Below the pieces are notes generated by a model. It was not told the origin of the DNA, made no database searches, and saw only the letters and a list, made by a program, of their open reading frames with translations. A stretch of 61,454 nt of DNA, the filler included. It is 5 parts of 5 records of this genome, joined end to end, with 100 filler letters (N's around TTAATTAATTAA, not from the genome) between each part and the next. Parts side by side here need not be neighbours in the genome. Positions count along the whole stretch, not along the records: positions 26,531 to 46,186 come from SRR31156797_11842; positions 46,287 to 54,172 come from SRR31156797_11843; 3 more parts are not named here. The stretch is one strand, 5' to 3'. Below are positions 39,047 through 49,301 of the stretch, in pieces (the stretch's first letter is position 1; each line of letters opens with the position of its first letter). The translations under genes were made by a program, and so were the position numbers.

Positions 39047-39358
39047 TCTTTATTCCACATATTTTGAAAACAATTTTCCCGAATTGATAAACTGATTCGT
39101 AGATACGCCCAAATTGGACCTCTCAAACAAAACAATATCATAATATATTTCAACCAAAATTCTTAAGTTTACAGAAAAAACAAAAACAATTCTTATAAGA
39201 CTTTAATCATCTTCAAGATGCATTTCGAACTCAGGTTAAAAAATAAATTGGATTGATAATTTTTCAGCATTACATATCCGGCATATCAAATCGAATAAAT
39301 TGAACAATTGAATTTGACAACCGTTATCCGAGTTGAAACAACTAAATAATATACAATT

Positions 39359-39565
39359 ATGAAAAAGAACATGGGAAGTGCTGATAAAATCATCAGACTG
39401 ATTATTGCTGCGATACTGGTAACATTGTATTTCACAGGAACTGTTACCGGAACTTTAGGTTATGTTTTACTTGCAGTGGCCGCAATCTTTGTTCTCACCA
39501 GCCTGGTTAGTTTTTGCCCGCTGTATACCATATTCGGACTAAAAACCTGTCCCTCCAAAGAATAA
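39359..39565 (+). CDS. DUF2892 (YgaP-like) small membrane protein
   Basis: MKKNMGSADKIIR...FCPLYTIFGLKTC. Confidence 0.9.
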   Translation: MKKNMGSADKIIRLIIAAILVTLYFTGTVTGTLGYVLLAVAAIFVLTSLVSFCPLYTIFGLKTCPSKE

Positions 39566-39626
39566 ATAAAATTTTACTGAAACCTGGAAACAGATGATGT
39601 AACCAGGTTTCCGGCCATAACCAAAA

Positions 39627-42284
39627 TTATTGCTTTCCGGTTTTCCCCACAGGCCAAACCGGTGATGGTTTAACAATTGCTTTTTGCTCCTGACTCAAGT
39701 CACCGGCCTGCATAATTACACGGTAAGTTCCGGGTGACAAAGCCCTTGTGTCGTAATACTCCAGTTGAAATCCCGGGGATTGCACGATGATTAGCGTATC
39801 CAACGGTTGATGATCGATATCACAAACCTGCAGCCATGCCGAATCTTTCGGTGTAGATTTCAGGTAATAATAGATAGCCAGGCCATTGGGTTCGTTTGGA
39901 GTGAGCAGATGATTATCACCGGTCTGCTCATAATTACCCCACCATGCTCTTTCAGAAAAATTTCGCTGTGGCTTACTTTCAATTGGAAATAGAAAAGCCT
40001 GCTTTTCAAACAAAGAATCATCAACAAAATTTAAAGGCCAGGTGTCGGCTATAAAAGCCCCACGGCCATACGTTCCCACCACAAGGTCATTTTCGGTGGA
40101 ATGGACTTTTATATCCTTGATAGGTGCGGGAGGTATGTTGTTATTGAAGGCATCCCAGCTGTCGCCATCATCAAAACTAATGAAAATTCCCGCATCGCTA
40201 CCCAGATAAAGAAGTCCTTCGCGATTGGGGTCTTCAGCAACAACATTGACCGGGGCATCAGGCAAACCATCAGTTATCTTATCCCAGGTTGTACCAAAAT
40301 CCTCAGTTTTAAAAACCAACGCCCTGAAATCATCATTCCGGAAACCGGTTTTGCATACAAAGGCTTTTCCGGCCTGGTGTGGAGATGCTACTATACGGTT
40401 AACCCACAAATCCGCATTGCCACCAAGATCAGCAATTTGTTCAGTAAACTCATTCCAGATATTTCCGTGGTCAGGGGTCATCCACACACGGCCATCATCG
40501 GTCCCCGCCCAAATCAAGCCTGCCTTTTGCGGTGATTCGGAGATCGTTGTGATCGTGCAATACATCATATGGCCCTTCCCAGCAATTTTTTTGGCATTAT
40601 CCGTGGTGAGATCAGGGCTGAGTTCCTCCCATGAATTTCCCTGATCGAGAGAGCGCAATAGCATTTGCCCGCCGGTATATATAATTTGTGGATTATGGGG
40701 CGAAAGTTCAAGCGGGGTTACCCAGCAGAACCGGTAAGGTGGAGCGTCATCAGGAGCCTGTGGTTCAATGCCCACCCTGGTTCCTGTTTTTTGATCGACT
40801 CTAAGGTGGGCACCAAATTGTGTGGTCGTGTACAGCCACCTGTTATCCTGTGGATCTACCTTCGTGTACATACCATCCCACATGCCTGTTATCACCCAGT
40901 CCTCAGGGCCTATCTGTCCCGACCAGGCATTGGACGGCCCTTTCCAAACCTCATGATCCTGCAACCCCACGTAAATGTTATAAGGATAAGCATTGTCCGT
41001 TTCCACCCTATAGATTTCACCCAGTGGAATCTGAACGTGATGCGTAAATGTTTTCCCACGGTCAAAGGATTCATACAAACCGCCATCGCTGCCAAACATT
41101 ACATGCCGGCCATCTTTTGGATCCATCCACATGCAGCGATGATCGCCAAAAATAGTTGTGCTCAATACCTGTGGAGGCCACAGGCAGTCGAGCCAGGTTT
41201 TTCCGCCATCTTCGGAATATTGCATCAGATCGCTGGAAACATAAATGATGTCGGGATTATCGGAAGCTACCATGATTTTGTTAAAGGAATAAGCGGCTTT
41301 GGCAGAAACATTGCAGGTGGTGTCATTACGTTTTTCCCAGGATTTGCCGCCATTTTCCGAGCGATATACTTCTCCGCCGATCATCTGGTCGAAGTAAGCA
41401 TCACGCATATGGTTCATCCCAACAGTTTCATCAATCACCGTTCCGGGTTTGGGGTTCAGATTTTCAACGACAGCATAAACAACATCAGGCTGGCTGTAAC
41501 ACAAAGCCAGGCCTATTCTTCCTAATTTCCCTGAAGGCAGGCCATCGGAAAGCTTTTCCCAGTTTTCGCCTCCATTGCTTGATTGATAGATTCCACTATT
41601 CACACCACCGGCCTCATAATGCCACGGGTAACGATATTTTTCGTAGGCAGCGGCATAAAGGATCTCCGGATTTTTGGGATGGATAATCAAATCAATCACC
41701 CCGGTATTCTCATCGATAAATAAAATCTTTTCCCAGCTTCGTCCACCATTATCCGTTTTAAAAATGCCACGTACAGCATTGGGTGAAAATAAATGCCCCA
41801 TTGCCGCAACCCAAACAATATCGGGATTCTCCGGGTGAATCACCACCGTTGAAATATGGTGTGAATCTTCCAGGCCCATATGATTCCATGATCTCCCGCC
41901 ATCAATAGATTTGTATACACCATTGCCTGCATGAGAACTCCGTGCGTTGTATGCTTCGCCAGTCCCAACCCAAACCACATCCGGATTGGAGGCGGAAACA
42001 GCAACAGCACCGATACTGCTTACCCCTGTTGAATCAAATACCGGGAAAAAAGTCGTCCCATTATTTTCGGTTTTCCAAACACCTCCATGGCGGCCGGCAA
42101 CATACCAGGTATAGGCAAAATCAGGATTATCGGTTTCAGGAACTGCTATCGCCGAAACCCACGAACCGGCCCGGTAAGGGCCAAGTGGCCGGTAAGAAAT
42201 GGTTTCGAGCATTGAATTGTTTTGTGCATCAAGGCCTAATGCTAAAAGGCAGCTTAAAAATGCTATAAGAATTGGCTTCATCAT
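39627..42284 (-). CDS. Secreted VPS10/BNR (Asp-box) beta-propeller protein
   Basis: Many S/T-x-D/N-G-G-x-S/T-W Asp-boxes; GTGE, GGVWKT, GLQD; signal peptide. Confidence 0.85.
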   Translation of the reverse strand: MMKPILIAFLSCLLALGLDAQNNSMLETISYRPLGPYRAGSWVSAIAVPETDNPDFAYTWYVAGRHGGVWKTENNGTTFFPVFDSTGVSSIGAVAVSASNPDVVWVGTGEAYNARSSHAGNGVYKSIDGGRSWNHMGLEDSHHISTVVIHPENPDIVWVAAMGHLFSPNAVRGIFKTDNGGRSWEKILFIDENTGVIDLIIHPKNPEILYAAAYEKYRYPWHYEAGGVNSGIYQSSNGGENWEKLSDGLPSGKLGRIGLALCYSQPDVVYAVVENLNPKPGTVIDETVGMNHMRDAYFDQMIGGEVYRSENGGKSWEKRNDTTCNVSAKAAYSFNKIMVASDNPDIIYVSSDLMQYSEDGGKTWLDCLWPPQVLSTTIFGDHRCMWMDPKDGRHVMFGSDGGLYESFDRGKTFTHHVQIPLGEIYRVETDNAYPYNIYVGLQDHEVWKGPSNAWSGQIGPEDWVITGMWDGMYTKVDPQDNRWLYTTTQFGAHLRVDQKTGTRVGIEPQAPDDAPPYRFCWVTPLELSPHNPQIIYTGGQMLLRSLDQGNSWEELSPDLTTDNAKKIAGKGHMMYCTITTISESPQKAGLIWAGTDDGRVWMTPDHGNIWNEFTEQIADLGGNADLWVNRIVASPHQAGKAFVCKTGFRNDDFRALVFKTEDFGTTWDKITDGLPDAPVNVVAEDPNREGLLYLGSDAGIFISFDDGDSWDAFNNNIPPAPIKDIKVHSTENDLVVGTYGRGAFIADTWPLNFVDDSLFEKQAFLFPIESKPQRNFSERAWWGNYEQTGDNHLLTPNEPNGLAIYYYLKSTPKDSAWLQVCDIDHQPLDTLIIVQSPGFQLEYYDTRALSPGTYRVIMQAGDLSQEQKAIVKPSPVWPVGKTGKQ

Positions 42285-42470
42285 TCAAAAATTTTGGGAG
42301 GTGAAGTTAGAGATTTTTTCCTTTGCCAAAGGCTCTTTTACATCTGCATGCCTGGGTACTGTTTATACTTTACTGTTGGTTGGATTGATCCACAACGAAT
42401 GGGATGCCCCTTCACGTTTCAAATAACAGCCGACGATTCGTAACTTTTTTTCGAGAAATTTCCTTTTCAT
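42285..42470 (-). pseudogene. hicA: HicA toxin with in-frame nonsense codon
   Basis: Manual translation MKRKFLEKKLRIVGCYLKREGASHSLWINPTNSKV*TVPRHADVKEPLAK...; TAA at 42365-42363; ATGA overlap with hicB; absent from ORF track. Confidence 0.85.
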
Positions 42471-42685
42471 TCTACTGCTACTATGTCCATAATTATATCT
42501 TCGGACAATCCTCTTGTAAAATCTTCCAGCTTATCTTCGAGGACTAACTTTATGGCTTCCGTTAAACTTTTTTTGGCTCCATCAACAGTTTCACCCTGGC
42601 CATTTGCTTCCTGAATTTCAGGAGACATTGCCCAAAAGCCGCCTTCTGGCGCTGCTTCTATTGTTGCCGTAAATTCTCTTTTCAT
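42467..42685 (-). CDS. hicB: Short HicB family antitoxin
   Basis: EGGFWAMSPEI..ANGQGET..AKKSL.EAI motif; directly upstream of hicA. Confidence 0.85.
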   Translation of the reverse strand: MKREFTATIEAAPEGGFWAMSPEIQEANGQGETVDGAKKSLTEAIKLVLEDKLEDFTRGLSEDIIMDIVAVE

Positions 42686-42912
42686 GATTATTAAACGTTG
42701 TTGTTATTTCAAAGTTATTGAAATCCGCAATATCATCCCAATTCCTTTTAAAACAACTATCAGGTTGGCCTCCGGTATTGTCATCAGTAATCATTAAACA
42801 GCAACCCATTAACCTATTCCTGCAATTTGTGAATTGCAAGATAATTTTTTGTAACATTGGAACTATTGAAGCGTTAAATTATTGAGCTGTTTGTTTTTCG
42901 AAAACCAAATTG

Positions 42913-45900
42913 ATGAAATACTTTACCCCCATTGGGTTTTATCAGTACATTTTTAGGATCTTCATTCCAGCAATTTTCCTTTTAAGCTTTAATGCATCAG
43001 CACAACAATCCACCATCCGTTTCAATCATTTGAGCATTGATGATGGATTATCCTTATCATCGGTGTACTGCATTTATGAAGATCAAAAAGGTTTTAAATG
43101 GTTTGGCACCGAAGATGGCCTGAATCGATACAACGGCCAAAATTTTACTGTTTTTCGGGAAGAGGCCGGTAATCCCAACAGCTTATCATATAAATGGACT
43201 GAGCTGATTTTTGAGGACAGCCGCGGACAGCTCTGGTTTGGATCAAAAGGCGGACTAACCCGTTTTGTGCCCGAAACCGAAACTTTCACAAAATTTACAC
43301 GGGATGGTCGTCCAGGTGGACTATGCAACGATACCATAACCCAAATCGTTGAAGGGCCCGACAGAAATATCTGGATCGGAACCATAGCCGGGCTTAGTGC
43401 TATACATGGCAATTCTGATTCGATAGTCGCAATTAATTTATCAAACAAGGATGCCGGTCAGGAACCCACTTATATCCATGCGATTTTTCCTTTAAACGAT
43501 CAAACAATTTTAATTGGCACCAGCCGGGGGCTTTTCTCAGGAAATATGGATGAAGGATTTCAAAGGAAAAATATCCGAGATGTTCAAACGGTTTTTGCCA
43601 TCCGGAAAAAAGATGATACCGTTTGGTTGGGAACTGATAATGGGTTAGTTAAAACGATGGTTGAGACTAACGATTTTGAACTTTTCCCAATTGAACCTTC
43701 AGCTTCAACCACCCGGGACAATTCGACAGAAAACTTTCTTTTTGATTTTAAAAATCAAATTTGGGTAAGCACCCCTGAGGGTTTATACAGGTTTGATTTA
43801 AAAACGAATAATTATACGAAAACAGTAAACGCCGTAGGTGTAAATCAAAGCCTTTCAATTGCAGGTTCAAGGCCACTTATGATCGATGCTCCCGGCGAGG
43901 TGTGGTATGGAACTTATGGTAGCGGACTCTATAAAATAAACCCTCAAACGAATAAAGTAAGCCAGTACCTCCACAATACCGGTGACCCCAACAGCCTTTC
44001 ACAAAACTCAATTAACTGTTTGTATGAAGACCGCGCCGGCGTGATCTGGATTGGCACATTCGGAGCGGGTATCAACGTTTTTGATAAATATGCCCATAAA
44101 TTTCCACTGATCACACATAACCCACAAGATCCAAACAGCCTTTCGGATGACTTTATCTGGAGCATTTGCGAAGCCAGGGATGGATCCCTCTGGGTTGGCA
44201 CAAATAGTGGTGGTTTGAACCACTTTAATCCGAAATCAGGCACATTTAAGCATTACCACCATGATACAAAGAATTCAGGATCGTTGAGTGCTGAATCAGT
44301 GCGGGAAGTTTATCAGGATAGTGAAGACAACATCTGGGTTGGAACAGATGGCGGCGGCCTTTGCAGGTTTCTTCCTGAAAACAATTCGTTCATCAGTTAT
44401 AAATCCATCCCTGGAACTCCAACTACAATCAGCGATAATTCAGTGAGGGTGATTTATGAAGACAGGTCAGGAAACCTGTGGGTGGGTACCCGCAATGGAT
44501 TGAATAAGTTTGATAAAGATTCAGGTGAGTTTAAGCAGTTCCTGCATGATCCCAATATTCCCGGAAGCCTTTCCCATAATTTTGTCTATTCCTCCATAAT
44601 CGAAGACATGGAAGGTAACTTATGGATCGGAACCTATGGTGGTGGTTTGAATAAAATGGACCGGAATACGGAATCCTTTCAATCTTACACTCACAACCCC
44701 GATGAATTAAGCACAATCTCCAACGACATTGTGTTTTCAATTTATGATGAAAACGACAGTATCCTTTGGATTGGAACCAATGACGGGTTAAATCGGTTTA
44801 ACCGTAATACAGGACGGTTTCAAAGGTTCGGCACCACCGAAGGCTTGCCCAACGATGTTGTTTATGGCGTACTGCCAGATCAATTAAATAACTTATGGTT
44901 AAGCACAAACTCAGGAATTTGCCGCTTTAATATCAGCACCTTTAGTACAAAAAACTTCGATAAAAGTGACGGTCTGCAGAGCAACGAATTTAATGGCGGG
45001 GCTTTTTTTAAAGGACCGACAGGAAACCTGTATTTTGGTGGCGTTTATGGTTTCAACATCATTGATCCTGAACGGGTTTATCAATCGAAAAATAAAGTAA
45101 GGGTTGTCATTTCCAGCATTGATGTGATGGGAAAAAAGGTAAAAATAGCCAGCCCTGTGGGAGATGAATCAACCTCTCCGGGAGATCAGTATAAAATTAC
45201 AGAATCGGGTGATGATTTTATTGTGCATACCGCCGTACCTTACATCTATGAAATAAAAGTGGATTACGTACACCGGTTTCTCGGTTTTGAATTTGTTGCC
45301 ATGAACCTTCCGCCATCTCAACAGGTAACCTACAGCTACAAAATGGAAAACCTGGATGAGGACTGGACCTTTGCCGGTAAACGCAACTATGTTACATACG
45401 CAAACCTAAGCCCGGGAAAATATATCTTTAAAGTTGCGGTGTCAGATGAAAATACCAAAACCAGTTCAAGTCATGCAGCACTAATCGTAAATGTTGAGTA
45501 TCCCTGGTGGCGAACCTGGTGGTTTTATGCCATCGAATTTTTATTGGCAATTACTTTAGTTGGGTTTATTTATACATATCTCCTGAAAAGCCGGACGAAC
45601 AAGTTGCTAACCACACAAAACCAAAAAATTCAGGATACCAACCGCCAACTTTCAGAATCGGAACAAAAACTTAAAGACCTCAATTCAGCAAAGGATAAGT
45701 TTTTCTCCATCATCGCCCACGACCTGAAAAACCCGTTTACCAGCCTGTTGTCGATTGGTGAATTACTCTCGAACAATTTCGATTCACTGGACGAAGATGA
45801 TAAAAAATCCGGTATTGACGGTTTTTATAAATCCTCAAAAAGGATATATGCATTACTGGAAAATCTTTTGGTATGGTCGCGCACCCAAACCGGACGGGTT

Positions 45901-46186
45901 AAATTTAACCCCCAAATATTCAAACTCGATCTGCTGGCCGAGGAATGCTACGATCTGCTGGCCCTGAGTGCCGAAAAAAAAGGAATTGACTTCCGCATAC
46001 ATGTACCGGAAGAGGTACTGGTTAAAGCCGACCGGGAAATGATTCATACGGTCCTAAGAAACCTGCTGCACAATGCCATCAAATTCAGCCATGCAGGAGG
46101 GAAAGTTATCCTGTCAATTGTTGAAAAAGAGCCGGGATTATTTAAAGTCTCTGTTGAGGACAACGGAGTGGGTATGTCCACTGAAA
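42913..46186 (+). CDS. Beta-propeller (Reg_prop)/Y_Y_Y sensor histidine kinase, 3' truncated
   Basis: Repeated ED..G.LW(I/V)GT..GL units, Y_Y_Y domain, PWWRTWW TM, IAHDLKNP H-box, NLLHNAIKF, DNGVG. Confidence 0.92.
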
Positions 46187-46286
46187 NNNNNNNNNNNNNN
46201 NNNNNNNNNNNNNNNNNNNNNNNNNNNNNNTTAATTAATTAANNNNNNNNNNNNNNNNNNNNNNNNNNNNNNNNNNNNNNNNNNNN
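46187..46286. other. Artificial contig spacer
   Basis: N44-TTAATTAATTAA-N44. Confidence 0.98.
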
Positions 46287-46288
46287 GG

Positions 46289-46720
46289 TTTGCCGTTGTG
46301 GCCAACGAGATCAAGGCCCTGGCAATGCAGACGGCCGAGGCAACCCTGGATATCAGGACCCAGATCGAGGGGGTTCAGAACTCCACCACCACCTCCGGTG
46401 CCGAGATCCGGGAGATTTCCGATGTGATCGACAAGGTCAACGAGATCGTTGCCACCATTGCTGCTGCCGTTGGTGAGCAGTCCTCGGCAACAAACGAGAT
46501 TGCCGATAACATCGGCCAGGTCTCCCAGGGGGTCCGGGAGGTCAATCAGAATGTTGCCCAGTGCTCCCAGGTGGCGGACGAGATCTCCCATGACATCACC
46601 CAGGTGGATTCCCGGGCCGAAGAGATCTCCAGCGGCAGCGGGCAGGTGAAATTGAGCGCAGAGGGGCTGAGCACTATGTCTATTGAGCTGAGCAAGCTTG
46701 TCGGCCGGTTTAAAGTGTAA
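46289..46720 (+). CDS. Methyl-accepting chemotaxis protein, C-terminal fragment
   Basis: FAVVANEIKALA hairpin-tip signature, EQSSATNEI, ends GRFKV. Confidence 0.93.
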   Translation, partial: FAVVANEIKALAMQTAEATLDIRTQIEGVQNSTTTSGAEIREISDVIDKVNEIVATIAAAVGEQSSATNEIADNIGQVSQGVREVNQNVAQCSQVADEISHDITQVDSRAEEISSGSGQVKLSAEGLSTMSIELSKLVGRFKV

Positions 46721-46731
46721 ACGGATGACGG

Positions 46732-46801
46732 ATGGGGCCTGGCTTCCGTCCAGGCCCCATGGTTTCTTTCCCCAATGCCAGGTGAAAGAAACCATGGGGC
46801 C
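46732..46801. repeat. Two overlapping, mutually exclusive inverted repeats
   Basis: 11-bp stem 46732-46742/46750-46760; 18-bp stem 46753-46770/46784-46801. Confidence 0.85.
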
Positions 46802-46815
46802 AAGGGAATTTTTTT

Positions 46816-46843
46816 TCAAGTAATCCATCGTATCTGACGATAC
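46816..46843 (+). promoter_or_regulatory. Candidate sigma-28 (FliA) promoter
   Basis: TCAAG-N15-GACGATAC resembles TAAA-N15-GCCGATAA; lies upstream of an FlxA-like gene. Confidence 0.45.
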
Positions 46844-46889
46844 ATTTCCTGGTATTTAACCGGAATTTATTCAATAAACAAAGGAGCAC

Positions 46890-47282
46890 ATGATGGCCAC
46901 CTCACCCATCCATCCGGGAATGTCGTTAGTTTACCAGATGAACCAGGGCACGACTTCGAACCTGAACCCCAAGGTCAACGGGACCACAGGGAATGGGGCC
47001 GAGGGTGCGGACGCGGATCCGTACAAGGTGGATCTCTCCCGGGAGGCACAGGAACTTGCGGCCGAAGAGTCCCAGGGCGGAGACGGGACTACCGCCATGA
47101 TCGATATCGCCATTGAGAAGATAAAAGAGCAGATCAAGGCGGTCAAGGAACAGCTGGATCAACTGAAAAATGTGGAAGGCGAGGCTGCGGATGCCCAGAA
47201 AAAGATGCTGAACGAACAGCTCGTAACCCTCAATGCCAAACTCATGGATTTAATGACACAAAAGCTTGAGATGCAGGGATAG
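46890..47282 (+). CDS. FlxA-like coiled-coil protein
   Basis: Low-complexity N-terminus, KVDLSREA motif, coiled coil IEKIKEQI...QKKMLNEQL; AAGGAG RBS. Confidence 0.6.
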   Translation: MMATSPIHPGMSLVYQMNQGTTSNLNPKVNGTTGNGAEGADADPYKVDLSREAQELAAEESQGGDGTTAMIDIAIEKIKEQIKAVKEQLDQLKNVEGEAADAQKKMLNEQLVTLNAKLMDLMTQKLEMQG

Positions 47283-47421
47283 GGCCCGGCAATTATCCTC
47301 CCCCGCCCCCATGGCTTTGCCAATCTTTTGTTGACAAGGGATTCGCTTACATGTAGAAGAACGGCTTTTTTGAATTTTTAGACCCGGCTGATACCAAACC
47401 GGGTCTTCAAAACCATCGGGA

Positions 47422-48033
47422 GTGATGATGAAGCGTTTTTTTTTCATGTTTGTTGCTGCGGTGCTCTTTTTAGCACCGGCGATCGTTGCTGCGGCGCCTG
47501 TCTATTTTACCATTGAGGGGCAAGTGTCGTATATTGATGACAAGGCTGGATACGCACGCTATGCCGGAGTGGAAATAGGCGATACGGTTCAGTATGTCAT
47601 GGCTGTTGACACGGAGGCTCAAGGAACCTACACCCAGAGAGGAAATACATATGAGCAGCCGGGAACGAGCTATTCCTCCCTTGTGAAGGGCGTCCTTGGC
47701 GGCTATTCCGATACGAATGTCGCCTCAACGCTTAATTATGGGATGGATTTCGGGAGCCAGGCCTATTTTTATGGGGGAAATGCCAATGCCAACTTCTATG
47801 CCATCGATCACGGCAAGGGGGTGAGTCAGTGGACCGAGGGCACGGTTCTGGAACAGGTCTTTGAAGAGTCCTATGCCTGGCGAGGTCACCGTATGAGTCG
47901 CATTGAGCTTCAGAATGCCACCATCACCCATGTGGCGACCCATGCCACACCCGTTCCGGCGGGGATCCTGCTGCTGGGGTCGGGAATGGGGGCCCTTGTC
48001 CTTGTGAGACGACGCATCAGGCCCATTGACTGA
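47422..48033 (+). CDS. PEP-CTERM-type (VPLPA-like) sorted surface protein
   Basis: Signal peptide; C-terminal TPVPAG plus hydrophobic LLLGSGMGALVLV plus RRR. Confidence 0.82.
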   Translation: MMMKRFFFMFVAAVLFLAPAIVAAAPVYFTIEGQVSYIDDKAGYARYAGVEIGDTVQYVMAVDTEAQGTYTQRGNTYEQPGTSYSSLVKGVLGGYSDTNVASTLNYGMDFGSQAYFYGGNANANFYAIDHGKGVSQWTEGTVLEQVFEESYAWRGHRMSRIELQNATITHVATHATPVPAGILLLGSGMGALVLVRRRIRPID

Positions 48034-48043
48034 TTGATCTATC

Positions 48044-48092
48044 CAGCGGTCTCGGTCCCCGGCATGCACGGCGGGGCCGAAACCGCTGTTTT
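48044..48092 (+). terminator. Hairpin terminator between convergent genes
   Basis: CAGCGGTCTCGGTCCCC/GGGGCCGAAACCGCTG stem plus TTTT. Confidence 0.65.
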
Positions 48093-48121
48093 GTCCGGGT
48101 CGTCTCTTCCCGGGCCGGTTT

Positions 48122-49207
48122 CTACTTTATCCCGCCTTCATACACGCGTTCCATGAACCTGTCCAGAACATCCATCACCTGAAGCATGCTCTCGATCTCC
48201 ACATGTTCATCCTCCGCATGGGCGGTCATGATTCCATGGGGGCCCCAGATGATGCCGGGGATGCCGTGGTCGCTCAGGAACCTGGCATCGCTTGCGCCGT
48301 GCTCATATCCTGTCTCCGCGCCCGGGATAAGGGAGAGAAGTGCTTGAAGATAGGGGGTGTCCTTTCCCCTGAACAGGGGCTCTTTTTCCTCGATGGTAAC
48401 CGTGGAGGTGGTGACCTTGTCGATCTGAGCCAGGATGGCATCCGGATCGTCGTTCTCGGTATACCGTATGTCCAGCACGGCATGGGCGGTTTCACACACC
48501 TGGTTGACCGATTTCCCTCCCCGGATGATGCCCGTGTTCAGGGTTTTGTGCCAGTGGCCGGGGGTGTCCTCCGTAAACAGGGAACGCACCTTTGTGAGGT
48601 CGTCCACCAGGATGTCGATGGCATTTACCCCGAGCCAGGGCTTGGCGCCGTGGGCCGCTTTGCCCTGGGCCGTGAGCTTGAGATCCAGGATTCCCTTTTC
48701 CTTGGTGATGATCTTTTGGGGCTCTCCGCCGTCCAGGGCAATGGCGAAATTCGCCTTGATGTTTTGGAGGTTGTGCCTGGCCCCGTCATACCCCCCGGTT
48801 TCCTCATCCCCGGTCAGGAGGATGCCAAAGGGAAGGCTCTCCTGGCCCTGGCCGCTTTTTGTAAGCCTTGCCATCCATTGTTTCAGCAGGACCAGGCAGA
48901 GGGCCACGGCATACTTGTCGTCAACGCTTCCCCTGCCGTAGAGCTTTCCATCCCGTTCCACCGGTTCGAACAGGGCGTCCGGGCCGTCCACAACGTCAAA
49001 GTGGGCCATGAGCAGCACCGGGGCGGCACCGGCTTTCGGGGTGACAATTATCGAGGGGATGTCGTTGTGTTTCACCCGGGTACACGTCACCCCAAGGTCG
49101 GTTATATATGTTTCGATGAAATCCGCGCACCGATCCAGTTCGTCCGGTCTGGATGCGATGGTCTTGAACCGCATCAGTTCTTTTAACAATGATATTATTT
49201 CTCCCAT
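48122..49207 (-). CDS. M20 family metallopeptidase/deacylase (ArgE/DapE-like)
   Basis: AHFDVV, GRGSVDDK, DEETGG, GKAAHGA, GASDAR, AHAEDE. Confidence 0.9.
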   Translation of the reverse strand: MGEIISLLKELMRFKTIASRPDELDRCADFIETYITDLGVTCTRVKHNDIPSIIVTPKAGAAPVLLMAHFDVVDGPDALFEPVERDGKLYGRGSVDDKYAVALCLVLLKQWMARLTKSGQGQESLPFGILLTGDEETGGYDGARHNLQNIKANFAIALDGGEPQKIITKEKGILDLKLTAQGKAAHGAKPWLGVNAIDILVDDLTKVRSLFTEDTPGHWHKTLNTGIIRGGKSVNQVCETAHAVLDIRYTENDDPDAILAQIDKVTTSTVTIEEKEPLFRGKDTPYLQALLSLIPGAETGYEHGASDARFLSDHGIPGIIWGPHGIMTAHAEDEHVEIESMLQVMDVLDRFMERVYEGGIK

Positions 49208-49301
49208 GGAGGCTCTCCTGTATTTTTAGTTCCTGTTGCATCAATTCTCGGCTGTTCAAAGTCGGGAGCAGTCACGCATAATGACCGGTATAGGGTGTTG
49301 T

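Noticed and set aside
40665..41525. 286-aa plus-strand ORF inside the VPS10 gene
   Set aside because: Antisense shadow with no recognisable motifs
42363..42365. Stop-codon recoding (Sec/Pyl or alternative code) in hicA
   Set aside because: The codon is TAA, which terminates other genes on this contig; the tail is also divergent, so decay is more likely
42618..42857. 79-aa ORF upstream of hicB
   Set aside because: Overlaps hicB out of frame and spans the divergent promoter region; no motifs
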